From Candidatus Methanophagaceae archaeon GoMg2 (GTDB taxonomy: Archaea > Halobacteriota > Syntropharchaeia > Alkanophagales > Methanospirareceae), in the NCBI GenBank assembly GCA_013180585.1, contig QBUM01000251.1, forward strand, positions 1 through 54,525: a stretch of DNA of 54,525 nucleotides, written 5' to 3'. Each line of letters starts with the position of its first letter. The stretch's first letter is position 1. The notes under the pieces were generated by a model. The model searched no databases. It was not told the DNA's origin and saw only the letters and a list, made by a program, of their open reading frames with translations. Shown piece after piece: positions 18,877-27,950 of the stretch. The position numbers were made by a program, and so were the translations under genes.

Positions 18877-18976
18877 CTTTTTTATCAATGTAATCTTACG
18901 TTCAGAAAGTAGCTGAACTAACTGAATCCATTTCGATCTGTGGTTAACATTTTTAGCGTTTGTAATTACAATCCTA

Positions 18977-19213
18977 CTATGGCAGCTCTTTCAACGCCTT
19001 GATGTATCTTTCCTTATCAAAAGGCTTTTTATTGCTTAAAACTTCGTATATATCTGTAGCAACCGCTCTTCCTATTAATTTCATTGCATCGTCCTCTGAA
19101 TAGCCCTCTCGCAATAGCCGGTCAAAGGTCTGCTTAGTCTCTGGTGGATCATCCGCTCTAAGTTGGTTCTCCACCGCTTCAAGAATTGCCTTTTGTAGCC
19201 GCAGGTTTGCCAT
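18977..19213 (-). CDS. Small hypothetical protein (DUF1841-like by pattern)
   Basis: 78 aa. ENQLRADDPPETKQTFDRLLREGYSEDDAMKLIG...PFDKERYIKALKELP resembles the DUF1841 pattern as I remember it. Not verified. Confidence 0.4.
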   Translation of the reverse strand: MANLRLQKAILEAVENQLRADDPPETKQTFDRLLREGYSEDDAMKLIGRAVATDIYEVLSNKKPFDKERYIKALKELP

Positions 19214-19237
19214 TTTTCCATTCCTATTTTTTGTGCG

Positions 19238-19579
19238 TTACGAAAACTTAGTAGCCACAAGGTCAGCGATGATTCCATACACAACACCAAATGCTATAAG
19301 TACCAAACCACCCGCAGTGTCGCCGTCAACGATCGTAAATATGCTCATCGCCATCGTTATCCCCGCTCCGATGAGCGCGCCCCTCAGGACAGGATGAAGT
19401 TTTATGTCTTCTCCTATTCCAACAACAAATCCGATTAACACGCGGTTATAAACAATGGCGGCCAGGAGTCCGGTTGTAACCACAAAATTCGGATCTTCTA
19501 ATGTTAACGTCCCGTGTGCGCAAAACAGCCCGCATAATAAACCTATCACGGTTGCGATTGCGACTCGTTTGCCGTTCAT
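19238..19579 (-). CDS. Small integral membrane protein (about 4 TM helices)
   Basis: 113 aa, hydrophobic throughout. It is tightly spaced with the flanking small genes on the same strand. Confidence 0.5.
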   Translation of the reverse strand: MNGKRVAIATVIGLLCGLFCAHGTLTLEDPNFVVTTGLLAAIVYNRVLIGFVVGIGEDIKLHPVLRGALIGAGITMAMSIFTIVDGDTAGGLVLIAFGVVYGIIADLVATKFS

Positions 19580-19590
19580 TTTTAACTACC

Positions 19591-20052
19591 CTATTTACTA
19601 ATGGTCATCTTGCAGCCTTTATCTCTGAACTCCACGTCCAGTGTAAAGCCTAAATTCTTTGCTACCCGTTTGAAATAGCCATCAATGCAGCCGGAACAGT
19701 GCTGCTCCTTTGTTATTGGCATACCCTTCTTCGCGAATTCCAATGCGGCTTCCAGGTTGCTGCACTTCTTCGTATCAAGTATCGCTCTTTCCGGGGTTCC
19801 TTCGACTTCCACGTCACTGCCAAATACGTTCTTGTTTATGACCCCATAACTCATTGCAAATTGCAATGGATCGTTAACGCCACGCCCTTTCATATCAGTG
19901 GCACAACCTTTCGCCGCTTCGTCATTCAACTCTTCCAACGCTTCCGGGCCCAATTTCCGCATGATGAACCCCAATGAGCCCATCATCGAGCCAAGCCACA
20001 TTTCTGTAAATATCTTCTGTTTCTCTTCTTCCGGTAAAGTTGGTATCTCCAT
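19591..20052 (-). CDS. Hypothetical cytoplasmic protein with conserved-looking cysteines
   Basis: 153 aa. The C-terminal half has C..(x)..CSGC..(x)..GC spacing. No confident family assignment. Confidence 0.4.
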   Translation of the reverse strand: MEIPTLPEEEKQKIFTEMWLGSMMGSLGFIMRKLGPEALEELNDEAAKGCATDMKGRGVNDPLQFAMSYGVINKNVFGSDVEVEGTPERAILDTKKCSNLEAALEFAKKGMPITKEQHCSGCIDGYFKRVAKNLGFTLDVEFRDKGCKMTISK

Positions 20053-20121
20053 TTTTAGTTCACCACAATTTATGTAATATGAGGGGGGTTTATAAAATTA
20101 TTGGACTAATTTTTATTATAG

Positions 20122-21117
20122 ATGAAAATAGAACAGCTCGGCGAGATAGGTTTAATAGAACGCATAACGAAAAAATACAAGGCGGACGCAGAGAGCATCG
20201 CAGTGGGTGTCGGCAAGGACGACTGCGCGGTCATAGACATAGACAAAGCACGATCAAGCTACAAATATCTCGTTGTCACTACGGACACGCTGCAAGAGTC
20301 AACGCACCTGCCCGAAGGCATCTCCCCTTCCCAGATAGGTTGGAGTGCCATTGCCGTTAATCTAAGCGATATTGCAGCGATGGGTGCTCGTCCCTATGCT
20401 TTCACAATCGCAATGGGCATTCCCGCACACACCGATACTGCGTTTGTAGATGCGATAGTAGAAGGGATAGAAGAATGTGCCTCGTCCTATAATACAGCGG
20501 TGGTTGGTGGCGATATAACGAGGAGTAAAGAGCTTATCTTAACCGGTACATGTTTCGGGTTTACAGATAAGCCGGTGATGCGAGCAGGAGCCAAAGTCGG
20601 TGATTTAGTATGCGTGACCGGCTCGGTTGGCAATGCCGCGCTTGGCTTAAAGATAATAAAAGAAGGGTTGACCGTGCCGAAAAAAGTAGATAAAACAGCG
20701 AAAAGAGCACTGTTCCAGCCTGTGCCAAGAATACAGGAAGGCATTAGTCTCGCTGACTCCGGATTAGTTACCTCAATGCTTGATATTAGTGATGGCCTAG
20801 CGCTTTCTCTTGCCGAACTCGCAAAAAGTAGTAAAGTTGGGTTTGAGATATACGAGGATAAAGTGCCGGTACTGAGCGATGAGATAAAGACTCCGTTGCG
20901 TGGCGTTAATCTTCGTAACCTCGCATTCTTTTACGGTGGTGACTATGAATTGCTGTTTACCGTTGATGCGAACGTATTAGAAAGTGAATTAGAAAGGTTG
21001 CGAAAAGAGGTTGGAATAAGTGTTATAGGTAAAGTAATGCCGTCGGAAGAAGGTATTTACTTTAAAAAAGGTGATAAGAAGGAAAGGATAAAGATAAAGG
21101 GGTATCAGCATTTTTAA
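20122..21117 (+). CDS. thiL: Thiamine-monophosphate kinase
   Basis: 331 aa. GEIGLIERI, GKDDCAVI, VVTTDTL.E.TH, NLSDIAAMGARP and VVGGDIT are the ThiL/PurM-fold signature. Confidence 0.82.
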   Translation: MKIEQLGEIGLIERITKKYKADAESIAVGVGKDDCAVIDIDKARSSYKYLVVTTDTLQESTHLPEGISPSQIGWSAIAVNLSDIAAMGARPYAFTIAMGIPAHTDTAFVDAIVEGIEECASSYNTAVVGGDITRSKELILTGTCFGFTDKPVMRAGAKVGDLVCVTGSVGNAALGLKIIKEGLTVPKKVDKTAKRALFQPVPRIQEGISLADSGLVTSMLDISDGLALSLAELAKSSKVGFEIYEDKVPVLSDEIKTPLRGVNLRNLAFFYGGDYELLFTVDANVLESELERLRKEVGISVIGKVMPSEEGIYFKKGDKKERIKIKGYQHF

Positions 21118-21130
21118 AATTTGACACATA

Positions 21131-21257
21131 GTGTTTCTATAGAGCAACCACGAGATTCCACAAGATTAGCACGAGAATAGGGGAAAAATAGCCAAAAATA
21201 CTGGAACCTGATTACTATAATAGTCCTCTTGTGAAAATCTGTGTAATCTTGTGGTTA
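21131..21257 (+). mobile_element. MITE-like repeat family 1, right-end-truncated copy (R5)
   Basis: Sequence runs gtgtttctatagagcaaccacgagattccacaagattagcacgagaa ... cttgtgaaaatctgtgtaatcttgtggtta. The terminal agctaaacaattac is missing. Confidence 0.75.
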
Positions 21258-21270
21258 TGAAAAAACCAGT

Positions 21271-22473
21271 TTAACACCCGCAAATCTCCATAATCTTCTC
21301 TTCGCCTTCTCTTGGACCCCGCATGATTAACAAATCGCCTTCTTTCAACACTGCATCACCCGCAGGATTGTACACCCACCTGCCGGTCGCCCTGCGAATC
21401 ACCAGTATAAACATCCCGGTCCGAGTTTCTATTTTCAAATCCTTCAGCGTCTTATCGAATATATCCTCGTTCTTTACTTCCATCTTTAATATTACCTCGT
21501 CTGACTCTTTTATAGACGCTAAAAAAACAGGATGCAGCCGAATATCACGAATCACCACATCTGCGATCTCGTACGCCGCATCTGATATTATTTCCGATGA
21601 GATAGCAATGTGCAGTAAACCCCGGAACTCATCAAAAGTACTCCTCTTTGTTATACCCTTCGCCGCTTTTATCACTAATATCTCCAGCTCATCCTTCATC
21701 CGATCCATTGTCTCTTCCAGCTCTTTCACCTCCGTCGCTATCTCTTTGCTCTCAAACATGACTGCGGAATACGCAAGACCCACCATCAGTTCTGACATGT
21801 TTTTCATATCTGCCATGAGGTCGGCTATCTCTTCTGTTATCTTTCTTCCCACTACATCTGGCGGCTCTTCTGCCTCCTTCTCCTTATACTCCTCGCCTGT
21901 TGCCAACTTACAGAACACGGGTATTCCCTCGGTTGGCCCTGAAATGATAATCAAATCGCCTTCGCCCAACCTCTCGTCGCCATCCGGTAAATATATCCAC
22001 TTAGAACCACGTTTTATTGCTGATACGCTCATGCCCGTTTTTGTCTCGAGCTGTAAGCTATCCAAAGTCTTATCTTTAAGCTCTGATGCCGACTTTATCG
22101 TTACGTTCACCACTGCCTCTTCAAAATCACTACGGTCGAGATAACGAGTTATATCCACCGACTCCGCTATTTTTGCTATATCGCCCGCGGCACTGGATAT
22201 TTTCTCCGCCGCAGATGCTATTTGCAATATTCCTGAGAATTCAATCGCATCCTCCAAGTTCCTCGCACCTAACATTATCGCTATTCGCATCTTATATAAC
22301 AGCGAGTGCATCCGCTCCTCTAACTTGAATACCTCTTTTGCTATCTCCGGGTTGCTGTACAGCACTGCGGAGTACGCGAGGTCTAACATCGAGCCTGAGA
22401 GGTCCTTCATCTCCACGAGCACGTCCTTTACATTAAAAGTACCTAGTTCTAACATATTCTCGCCTCTAACCAT
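21271..22473 (-). CDS. Regulatory protein with duplicated PhoU-like plus TrkA-C (RCK_C) domain pairs
   Basis: 400 aa with an internal duplication. Two helical PhoU-like segments (LAYSAV..) are each followed by a TrkA-C-like beta domain (..GDLIIISGP / GDLLIMRGP). Confidence 0.7.
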   Translation of the reverse strand: MVRGENMLELGTFNVKDVLVEMKDLSGSMLDLAYSAVLYSNPEIAKEVFKLEERMHSLLYKMRIAIMLGARNLEDAIEFSGILQIASAAEKISSAAGDIAKIAESVDITRYLDRSDFEEAVVNVTIKSASELKDKTLDSLQLETKTGMSVSAIKRGSKWIYLPDGDERLGEGDLIIISGPTEGIPVFCKLATGEEYKEKEAEEPPDVVGRKITEEIADLMADMKNMSELMVGLAYSAVMFESKEIATEVKELEETMDRMKDELEILVIKAAKGITKRSTFDEFRGLLHIAISSEIISDAAYEIADVVIRDIRLHPVFLASIKESDEVILKMEVKNEDIFDKTLKDLKIETRTGMFILVIRRATGRWVYNPAGDAVLKEGDLLIMRGPREGEEKIMEICGC

Positions 22474-23189
22474 TTTTTTGCACGTTTAAGTGCATCACGA
22501 TCCGTAGATAACAGTTTTATACGTGATTTGTAGCCTTTTACCTCGCCTTTCTTATCTAAGTAGGGATATGATCCTATGCTTACATCTGCAAACCTCTTTA
22601 CCGCTTCGTTCAACACATCCAATATCTCATCTTCTGGTTTATCGGTCATTATCCATTCTTCTGCTCTTATCGCGTTCTCATCAAGGAAAGACGAAGCAAT
22701 GCCTTCAAACATAGCTTTCATCTCTTCTGGCACCCCGGGCATAACAATAACGTTATCAACCCAGAAACCAGGCGCTGCACCTACGGGATTCACTACAACC
22801 TCAGAGCCCGCGGGCATATCCGCCATCTTTAATAGTGAATCATTCAGTCCATATTTAGCTTTTAACACACTCGCCGCTTCTTCGTTCCTCACTAATGCCT
22901 TGCCTACACCTTTTGCCACGCCTTCCCGCGTTATATCATCATGCGTTGGCCCTAACCCGCCCATGACAAACACGAAATTTGAATTACAGGTTTTTAACGC
23001 TGCACTTATCGCGTCCACATCGTCCCCTATGACCATTATCTTCTCAACGCCAACACCCTGTGTTGACAGCCTCTTTGCAAGCCACGCAGAATTGGTATCC
23101 ACAACATCCCCACTTAAAATCTCATCCCCAACGCTTATTATCGTAGCGCTTTTGGCTTTTGCGCTTGCCCTATTGCCCATGTTATACAT
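22449..23189 (-). CDS. CinA-like/molybdopterin-binding (MoCF_BD) domain protein
   Basis: 246 aa. ATIISVGDEILSGDVVDTNSAWLAKRL and GGLGPTHDDITRE are the CinA N-terminal/MoaB-fold signature. The 3' end overlaps the next gene's start by 7-25 nt. Confidence 0.75.
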   Translation of the reverse strand: MYNMGNRASAKAKSATIISVGDEILSGDVVDTNSAWLAKRLSTQGVGVEKIMVIGDDVDAISAALKTCNSNFVFVMGGLGPTHDDITREGVAKGVGKALVRNEEAASVLKAKYGLNDSLLKMADMPAGSEVVVNPVGAAPGFWVDNVIVMPGVPEEMKAMFEGIASSFLDENAIRAEEWIMTDKPEDEILDVLNEAVKRFADVSIGSYPYLDKKGEVKGYKSRIKLLSTDRDALKRAKKWLEARIC

Positions 23190-23275
23190 TATCTTCTAAT
23201 TTTATTAAGTTTTTTTGTTATTATAATTTTCGGTTTTATCACGACACACTTCGGATCTCGTTCTTTCTTAAGCTG

Positions 23276-23491
23276 TTACTCCAGTCTAATGGCAGGTATC
23301 CAATCATAATGTACCTTTCCATTCGCGTCTATAAATTTATCGCATCTGATTGCTCCATCATCTACTTTTAATTCGTGTGTATGATGTATTTGCGGATATG
23401 AGCCGGTCATAATAGAGTAGTTGTACTTTTTGTTTGCTACAAGCGTGAAGGGTTCATTAAGAGTTGTTACAATCTTCTCCTTTGTATCCAT
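23276..23491 (-). CDS. Hypothetical small protein (weak call)
   Basis: 71 aa ORF in an otherwise gene-poor 0.7 kb stretch. No recognisable motif and no obvious RBS. Confidence 0.25.
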   Translation of the reverse strand: MDTKEKIVTTLNEPFTLVANKKYNYSIMTGSYPQIHHTHELKVDDGAIRCDKFIDANGKVHYDWIPAIRLE

Positions 23492-23899
23492 CCCATTTTG
23501 CTGTTACATTCAGTGTAGAGTTCCATATTCCGGGATATTCACTATGTCCTCCAGTTCAAGCATAGGTGTATAATCTGCTAAAGTTGATGTTGCACGAAGG
23601 CTTTATCGTCCTATTGTCTACGTGCCGGCTCCGGTATCAAAGACGGAATACCGGAGAGAGGGAAGGAGGTTAGGCCCCGGTTAACCCCGTCTTCCAAATA
23701 TATATAACTTCTGCCAAACCAACCCACCGGATTGATCCTGCAATAGTGTAATTCCGACAACTCCTGAATTTGCTGTTGAAAATCGTGAACGAATTGCGGC
23801 TTGAGCATCTGAATCGGACCTTGTGGGCAAAGCTTACAGGGATATTTATTCCTACTGGAATGTCTCGCCATTATTCAGGCACCCATACCAGTTTTGTTT

Positions 23900-25210
23900 T
23901 CATTTTACAATTATATCGGCACCCAAACTGCACATATCATCAAAAAACATAGGATACGACACTTTTGCACATTCCGCATCTGCTATGACCGTTTCTCCAG
24001 GTGTGCAAAGCGCAGCAAGGGTCAACGCCATTGCTAACCTATGATCGCCGTGAGAATGTACCTTCGCTGCTTTTAACTCCGTGCCTTCTATTCGCAGCCC
24101 ATCTTCCTTCTCTTCTATTCGTGCATCCAGCTTCCTCAGTTCTTCCGTCACTAATCTCAATCTATCGGTCTCCTTATATCTCAGATGTGCAACATCCGTT
24201 ATTTCCGTAGTGCCGTCCGCAACTGCCGCTAACACCGCAATTGTAGGCACTAAATCAGGATTCGCTCGCATATTCATCTTCATGCCTCTTAAACCGTCGC
24301 CTTTAACCCCTTTCACAGTCACAAGCCCTTTTTCTTTAGCCCAGCTTATATCTGCACCCATATCGTCCAACAGTTCCACAATCCTGGAATCACCTTGTGC
24401 AGAAGGGAACAAATTGCCTACCGTTATCTCAGAATCGGTGAGTGCCGCCGCGGCTAAGAGATAGGACGAGGACGAAAAATCGCCGGGCACCGTAAACTTC
24501 CGTAACTCGTAGCTTTTTCCACCCGCCACATCGAAAACATAGTCGTTCTCGCCAGTATCGTATTCAAAACGCGAAATAGGTATTTCTACTCCGGCTTGCG
24601 CCAGCACCTCCATTGTCATCTGCATATAAGGCACTGATGCAAGATTGTTTGCACGGATGCATGAATCTTTCTCGATGAGCGGGCATGAGATGAGCAATGC
24701 CGATATGAATTGAGAGCTAATGGATGCGTCCATCACAGCTTCACCGCCTTTTAGCTTGCCTTTTACCACTATCGGTGGAGTACCATCCCCTTTTGTCGAA
24801 AACGCTTCCGACCCGAGGTCATTCAAAGATTTCAGTAATGGCGTGTTTGGTCTCGTTCTTAACGATGCGTCACCTGTTAAAACAGTAGCACCGTCACATA
24901 AAGCAGAAATAGCAGTGAAGAACCGCAGCGTGGTACCCGAGTTTTCGGCGTTTATTACATCTTCGGGCGTATCCGGTGCCCCATCCACACCCTCTATCGC
25001 TATTTTGTTGCTGCCCTCTTCATGCTCTATGAGAGCACCCAGGCACTTAGCAGCGTTAATTGTAGCTCTTGTGTCTTCAGAGATAAGCGGATAGAAAATG
25101 TCGCTCTTGCCCGCCAGCGATGCGATTGCAATAGCTCTATGCGTGTAGCTTTTCGATGGAGGCGCGATTAGTTCGCCTTTTAGCTTTGACCTTTGTACTA
25201 TTGCTTTCAT
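23900..25210 (-). CDS. aroA: 3-phosphoshikimate 1-carboxyvinyltransferase (EPSP synthase)
   Basis: 436 aa. PPSKSYTHRA, LRTRP and KETDRL motifs are present. Confidence 0.92.
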   Translation of the reverse strand: MKAIVQRSKLKGELIAPPSKSYTHRAIAIASLAGKSDIFYPLISEDTRATINAAKCLGALIEHEEGSNKIAIEGVDGAPDTPEDVINAENSGTTLRFFTAISALCDGATVLTGDASLRTRPNTPLLKSLNDLGSEAFSTKGDGTPPIVVKGKLKGGEAVMDASISSQFISALLISCPLIEKDSCIRANNLASVPYMQMTMEVLAQAGVEIPISRFEYDTGENDYVFDVAGGKSYELRKFTVPGDFSSSSYLLAAAALTDSEITVGNLFPSAQGDSRIVELLDDMGADISWAKEKGLVTVKGVKGDGLRGMKMNMRANPDLVPTIAVLAAVADGTTEITDVAHLRYKETDRLRLVTEELRKLDARIEEKEDGLRIEGTELKAAKVHSHGDHRLAMALTLAALCTPGETVIADAECAKVSYPMFFDDMCSLGADIIVK

Positions 25211-25287
25211 GGCATGTTTTACAAAAGAACTTCGTGGGAAATATACGTTTCTTTGAGCACTCTTTCTTTTTCAAAGGAAGTTTGTTA

Positions 25288-25359
25288 CGGAGTCGCTGGG
25301 ATTCGAACCCAGGTCGTCAGGTCCGGAACCTGACAGGATATCCTCTACCCTACGACCCC
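25288..25359 (-). tRNA. tRNA-Arg (anticodon CCG)
   Basis: The minus strand reads GGGGTCG..TCAGG-TTCCGGA-CCTGA..CTGGG-TTCGAAT-CCCAG-CGACTCC-G. The acceptor, anticodon and T arms all pair. Confidence 0.85.
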
Positions 25360-25395
25360 TTCTCGAATCGTTTCTCAACTTGCGTTATAATATTG

Positions 25396-26619
25396 TTAGT
25401 GCCTCTTCAACACCTCTATCCCCGGCAGACCCTTCTCTAAGAGATATTGCAAGAATGCACCTCCTGCCAAACTGACATGAGTATGCTCGGTTTTATTTAT
25501 ACCAAGCGTGCTCATCGCCGCCGATGTATGCCCGCCACCGATAAGCGAGAAGGCATCAGAATCAGAAAGGGCATGCAGTAGCTCTCCGGTTCCCTTACTG
25601 AACGCTTCGTTTTCATATAACCCTGCAGGGCCTTTCATTATCACTGTCTTCGCCTCTTTTATAGCTTCTGCATATCTTTTACTCGTCCTTTCCCCTATAT
25701 CGTATATTTCCTGCTTTGGATTCAGGACACCCACCGGAATCTCCTCCCGTTTGCCCTCTACCGCCACTGCAACGTCGTCGGGATACATTATCTTATCGCC
25801 ACCCAATTTCAGGATTTTCTTGGCTCTCGCCAGATTTGCCATAAACTGTTTATCTGCCTTTTTTTCTTCACTCGGTTTAATTATACCGCGTGCATACAAA
25901 AAGATAGTGCCAACATTGCCAGTTGTGAGTATACGATTTACTTTTTTACGCTTTAGTGTGAATTCCATTATATCAAACACTTCTTCGGGTTTCACACCGC
26001 CAAGAACGTAAATACACGGACTTTTTATGTTGTGGACTGATCTTCTAAGACTCCTCAGCTCCTTCTCCACTAATCGCCCTATTCCCGCATCCATCACCAT
26101 CGGGAAGCCAACCACTGATGCGTGCGACCGGTGAGCTACCGAGAAGGCATCATTTATGTAAATATCAGCAAGAGGAGAAAGCTTTCGCACGAAAAATGAC
26201 TTCGCATGTTCCTCCGGTGACTTTGAAAGGGTCTCCTCCGCAAGCATCCTCACGTTATCAAGCAACAAAACTTCCCCCTCCCGAAGCTTTTTTATTGCCT
26301 CCCTCGCAGCAGGTCCTATTATGTCATCAATGTACTGCAAGTCAAAGAAATTCCGGAGCAGTTCCGCATGCTGCTCTAAAGGAAGAAAGTCCACTCTACC
26401 AGCACGACCTTGATGCGCGAGAATAACAACCTTCGCTTTTTTATCCGATAGCTCGCATATCGTCTTCGCGTTCTCCACTATCCGCTCCTTCATCTGTACT
26501 TTACCGTCTATAACCACCGAGTTTATGTCCGCCCGGAAGAGAACTGTTTTACCTTTTACATCGAAATCATCTATCGTCAGGAAGTCTTCCAAGTTTTCGC
26601 TTATCGTCCCGCCCATCAT
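25396..26619 (-). CDS. pgk: Phosphoglycerate kinase (archaeal type)
   Basis: 407 aa. KTVLFRADINS, ILAHQGRAGR and IGGGHT motifs are present. Confidence 0.9.
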   Translation of the reverse strand: MMGGTISENLEDFLTIDDFDVKGKTVLFRADINSVVIDGKVQMKERIVENAKTICELSDKKAKVVILAHQGRAGRVDFLPLEQHAELLRNFFDLQYIDDIIGPAAREAIKKLREGEVLLLDNVRMLAEETLSKSPEEHAKSFFVRKLSPLADIYINDAFSVAHRSHASVVGFPMVMDAGIGRLVEKELRSLRRSVHNIKSPCIYVLGGVKPEEVFDIMEFTLKRKKVNRILTTGNVGTIFLYARGIIKPSEEKKADKQFMANLARAKKILKLGGDKIMYPDDVAVAVEGKREEIPVGVLNPKQEIYDIGERTSKRYAEAIKEAKTVIMKGPAGLYENEAFSKGTGELLHALSDSDAFSLIGGGHTSAAMSTLGINKTEHTHVSLAGGAFLQYLLEKGLPGIEVLKRH

Positions 26620-26633
26620 CTAACTCCTCTATT

Positions 26634-27641
26634 CTACAAACCCTTCTCCTCAATCTTCTTTATCGTGTCCACCACCCTGCAGGAGTAGCCCCACTCGTTG
26701 TCGTACCACGCAAGCACTTTCGCTAAGCTGCCGCCCGTTACATTTGTATACTCGGCATCAACAATAGCCGAATAGTTCGAGCCAATGTAATCTGTGGATA
26801 CGAGAGGCTCATGAGAAACGTCGAGAATACCGTTCAAAGAAGTTTTTGAGGCCTCTACAAAAGCGTTGTTCACCGCTTCACGGGTGACTTCGCTCCCCAG
26901 TTCTGCCACGAGGTCAACGACCGAGACGTTAGAAGTAGGAACTCGCAAAGATATACCATCCATTTTACCCGCCAGTGAGGGCAATACTACTCCTATCGCA
27001 GCAGCCGCACCTGTTGACGTCGGCACTATTGACATGGCAGCGGCACGAGCTCGTCTCATGTCTTTATGCCGTCCATCTAAAAGCTTCTGGTCGCCTGTGT
27101 ACGAATGTACCGTAGTCATGAACCCCCGATTTACGCCAAACTCGTCGTTCAAGACCTTCACCACCGGGGCTAAGCAATTGGTGGTGCAAGATGCAAGCGA
27201 AATTATATTATGTGTAGCGGGGTCGTACATCTCTCCATTCACACCCGGAACAATCGTTACGTCAGGGTCCTTTGCCGGTGCGGTTATTATTACTTTTTTG
27301 CAGCCGGCATCCAGATGTTTCGATGCGTCTTTCCTGTCCCGGAACATACCTGTTGATTCTACTACCACGTCCACGCCTAAATCACCCCACGGTAACTTTC
27401 CAGGGTCGTTCTCCGCGAATATCTTTAGCTCTTTGCCATTTACGACCAAGCTATCTTCCCCCGCTCTTATATCTCCTTCCTGGATACCATGTACTGAATC
27501 ATATTTCAGTAGGTGTGCCATCCAGGAAGCGTCCGCAGCATGACTGTTTATCGCTATGAACTCTAAATCGTTTTTTTCTTGCAACGCAGCTCTGAAGACA
27601 ATCCGCCCAATTCTACCCCAGCCATTTATTGCTACTTTCAT
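26634..27641 (-). CDS. gap: Glyceraldehyde-3-phosphate dehydrogenase, type I (bacterial/eukaryotic class)
   Basis: 335 aa. INGWGRIGR, ASCTTNCLAP and WYDNEWGYS are class I GapA signatures, not the archaeal type II enzyme. Confidence 0.92.
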   Translation of the reverse strand: MKVAINGWGRIGRIVFRAALQEKNDLEFIAINSHAADASWMAHLLKYDSVHGIQEGDIRAGEDSLVVNGKELKIFAENDPGKLPWGDLGVDVVVESTGMFRDRKDASKHLDAGCKKVIITAPAKDPDVTIVPGVNGEMYDPATHNIISLASCTTNCLAPVVKVLNDEFGVNRGFMTTVHSYTGDQKLLDGRHKDMRRARAAAMSIVPTSTGAAAAIGVVLPSLAGKMDGISLRVPTSNVSVVDLVAELGSEVTREAVNNAFVEASKTSLNGILDVSHEPLVSTDYIGSNYSAIVDAEYTNVTGGSLAKVLAWYDNEWGYSCRVVDTIKKIEEKGL

Positions 27642-27722
27642 TTTATAATGATATTTGCTATTCTCATATATAAATTATGTCATATTACAGTGCTTTGGAC
27701 TATTACAAGATTTAACGGTTAG

Positions 27723-27881
27723 GTATTTGTTTAGTTAACCACAGATTACACAGATTTACACGAGAAATATTAATATGGATCCGGTTTAAGCACTCTATTG
27801 ATTTTTTATCCCCCGCTAACCCAAAATTCTTGTGCTAATCTCGTGAAATCTCGTGGTTTTTTCGATTAGCTATACAAATAC
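27723..27881 (-). mobile_element. MITE-like repeat family 1 (R6), flanked by an 8 bp duplication acggttag
   Basis: Full-length copy. acggttag at 27715-27722 and at 27882-27889 abuts both termini exactly. Confidence 0.92.
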
Positions 27882-27950
27882 ACGGTTAGAAATGCCGAAT
27901 ATGTTTATTGCCGAAGAGAACAGAAAGGATAATGAGAGGTTGCAGATGGT

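Noticed and set aside
21323-22144. Long plus-strand ORF (273 aa), plus similar long antisense ORFs at 22576-23199, 26866-27543, 47584-48123, 8125-8631, 49999-50559 and 25508-26011.
   Set aside because: Each lies entirely antisense to a well-supported gene. Each encodes Ser/Pro/Ile-rich low-complexity sequence with no motifs. They are shadow ORFs.
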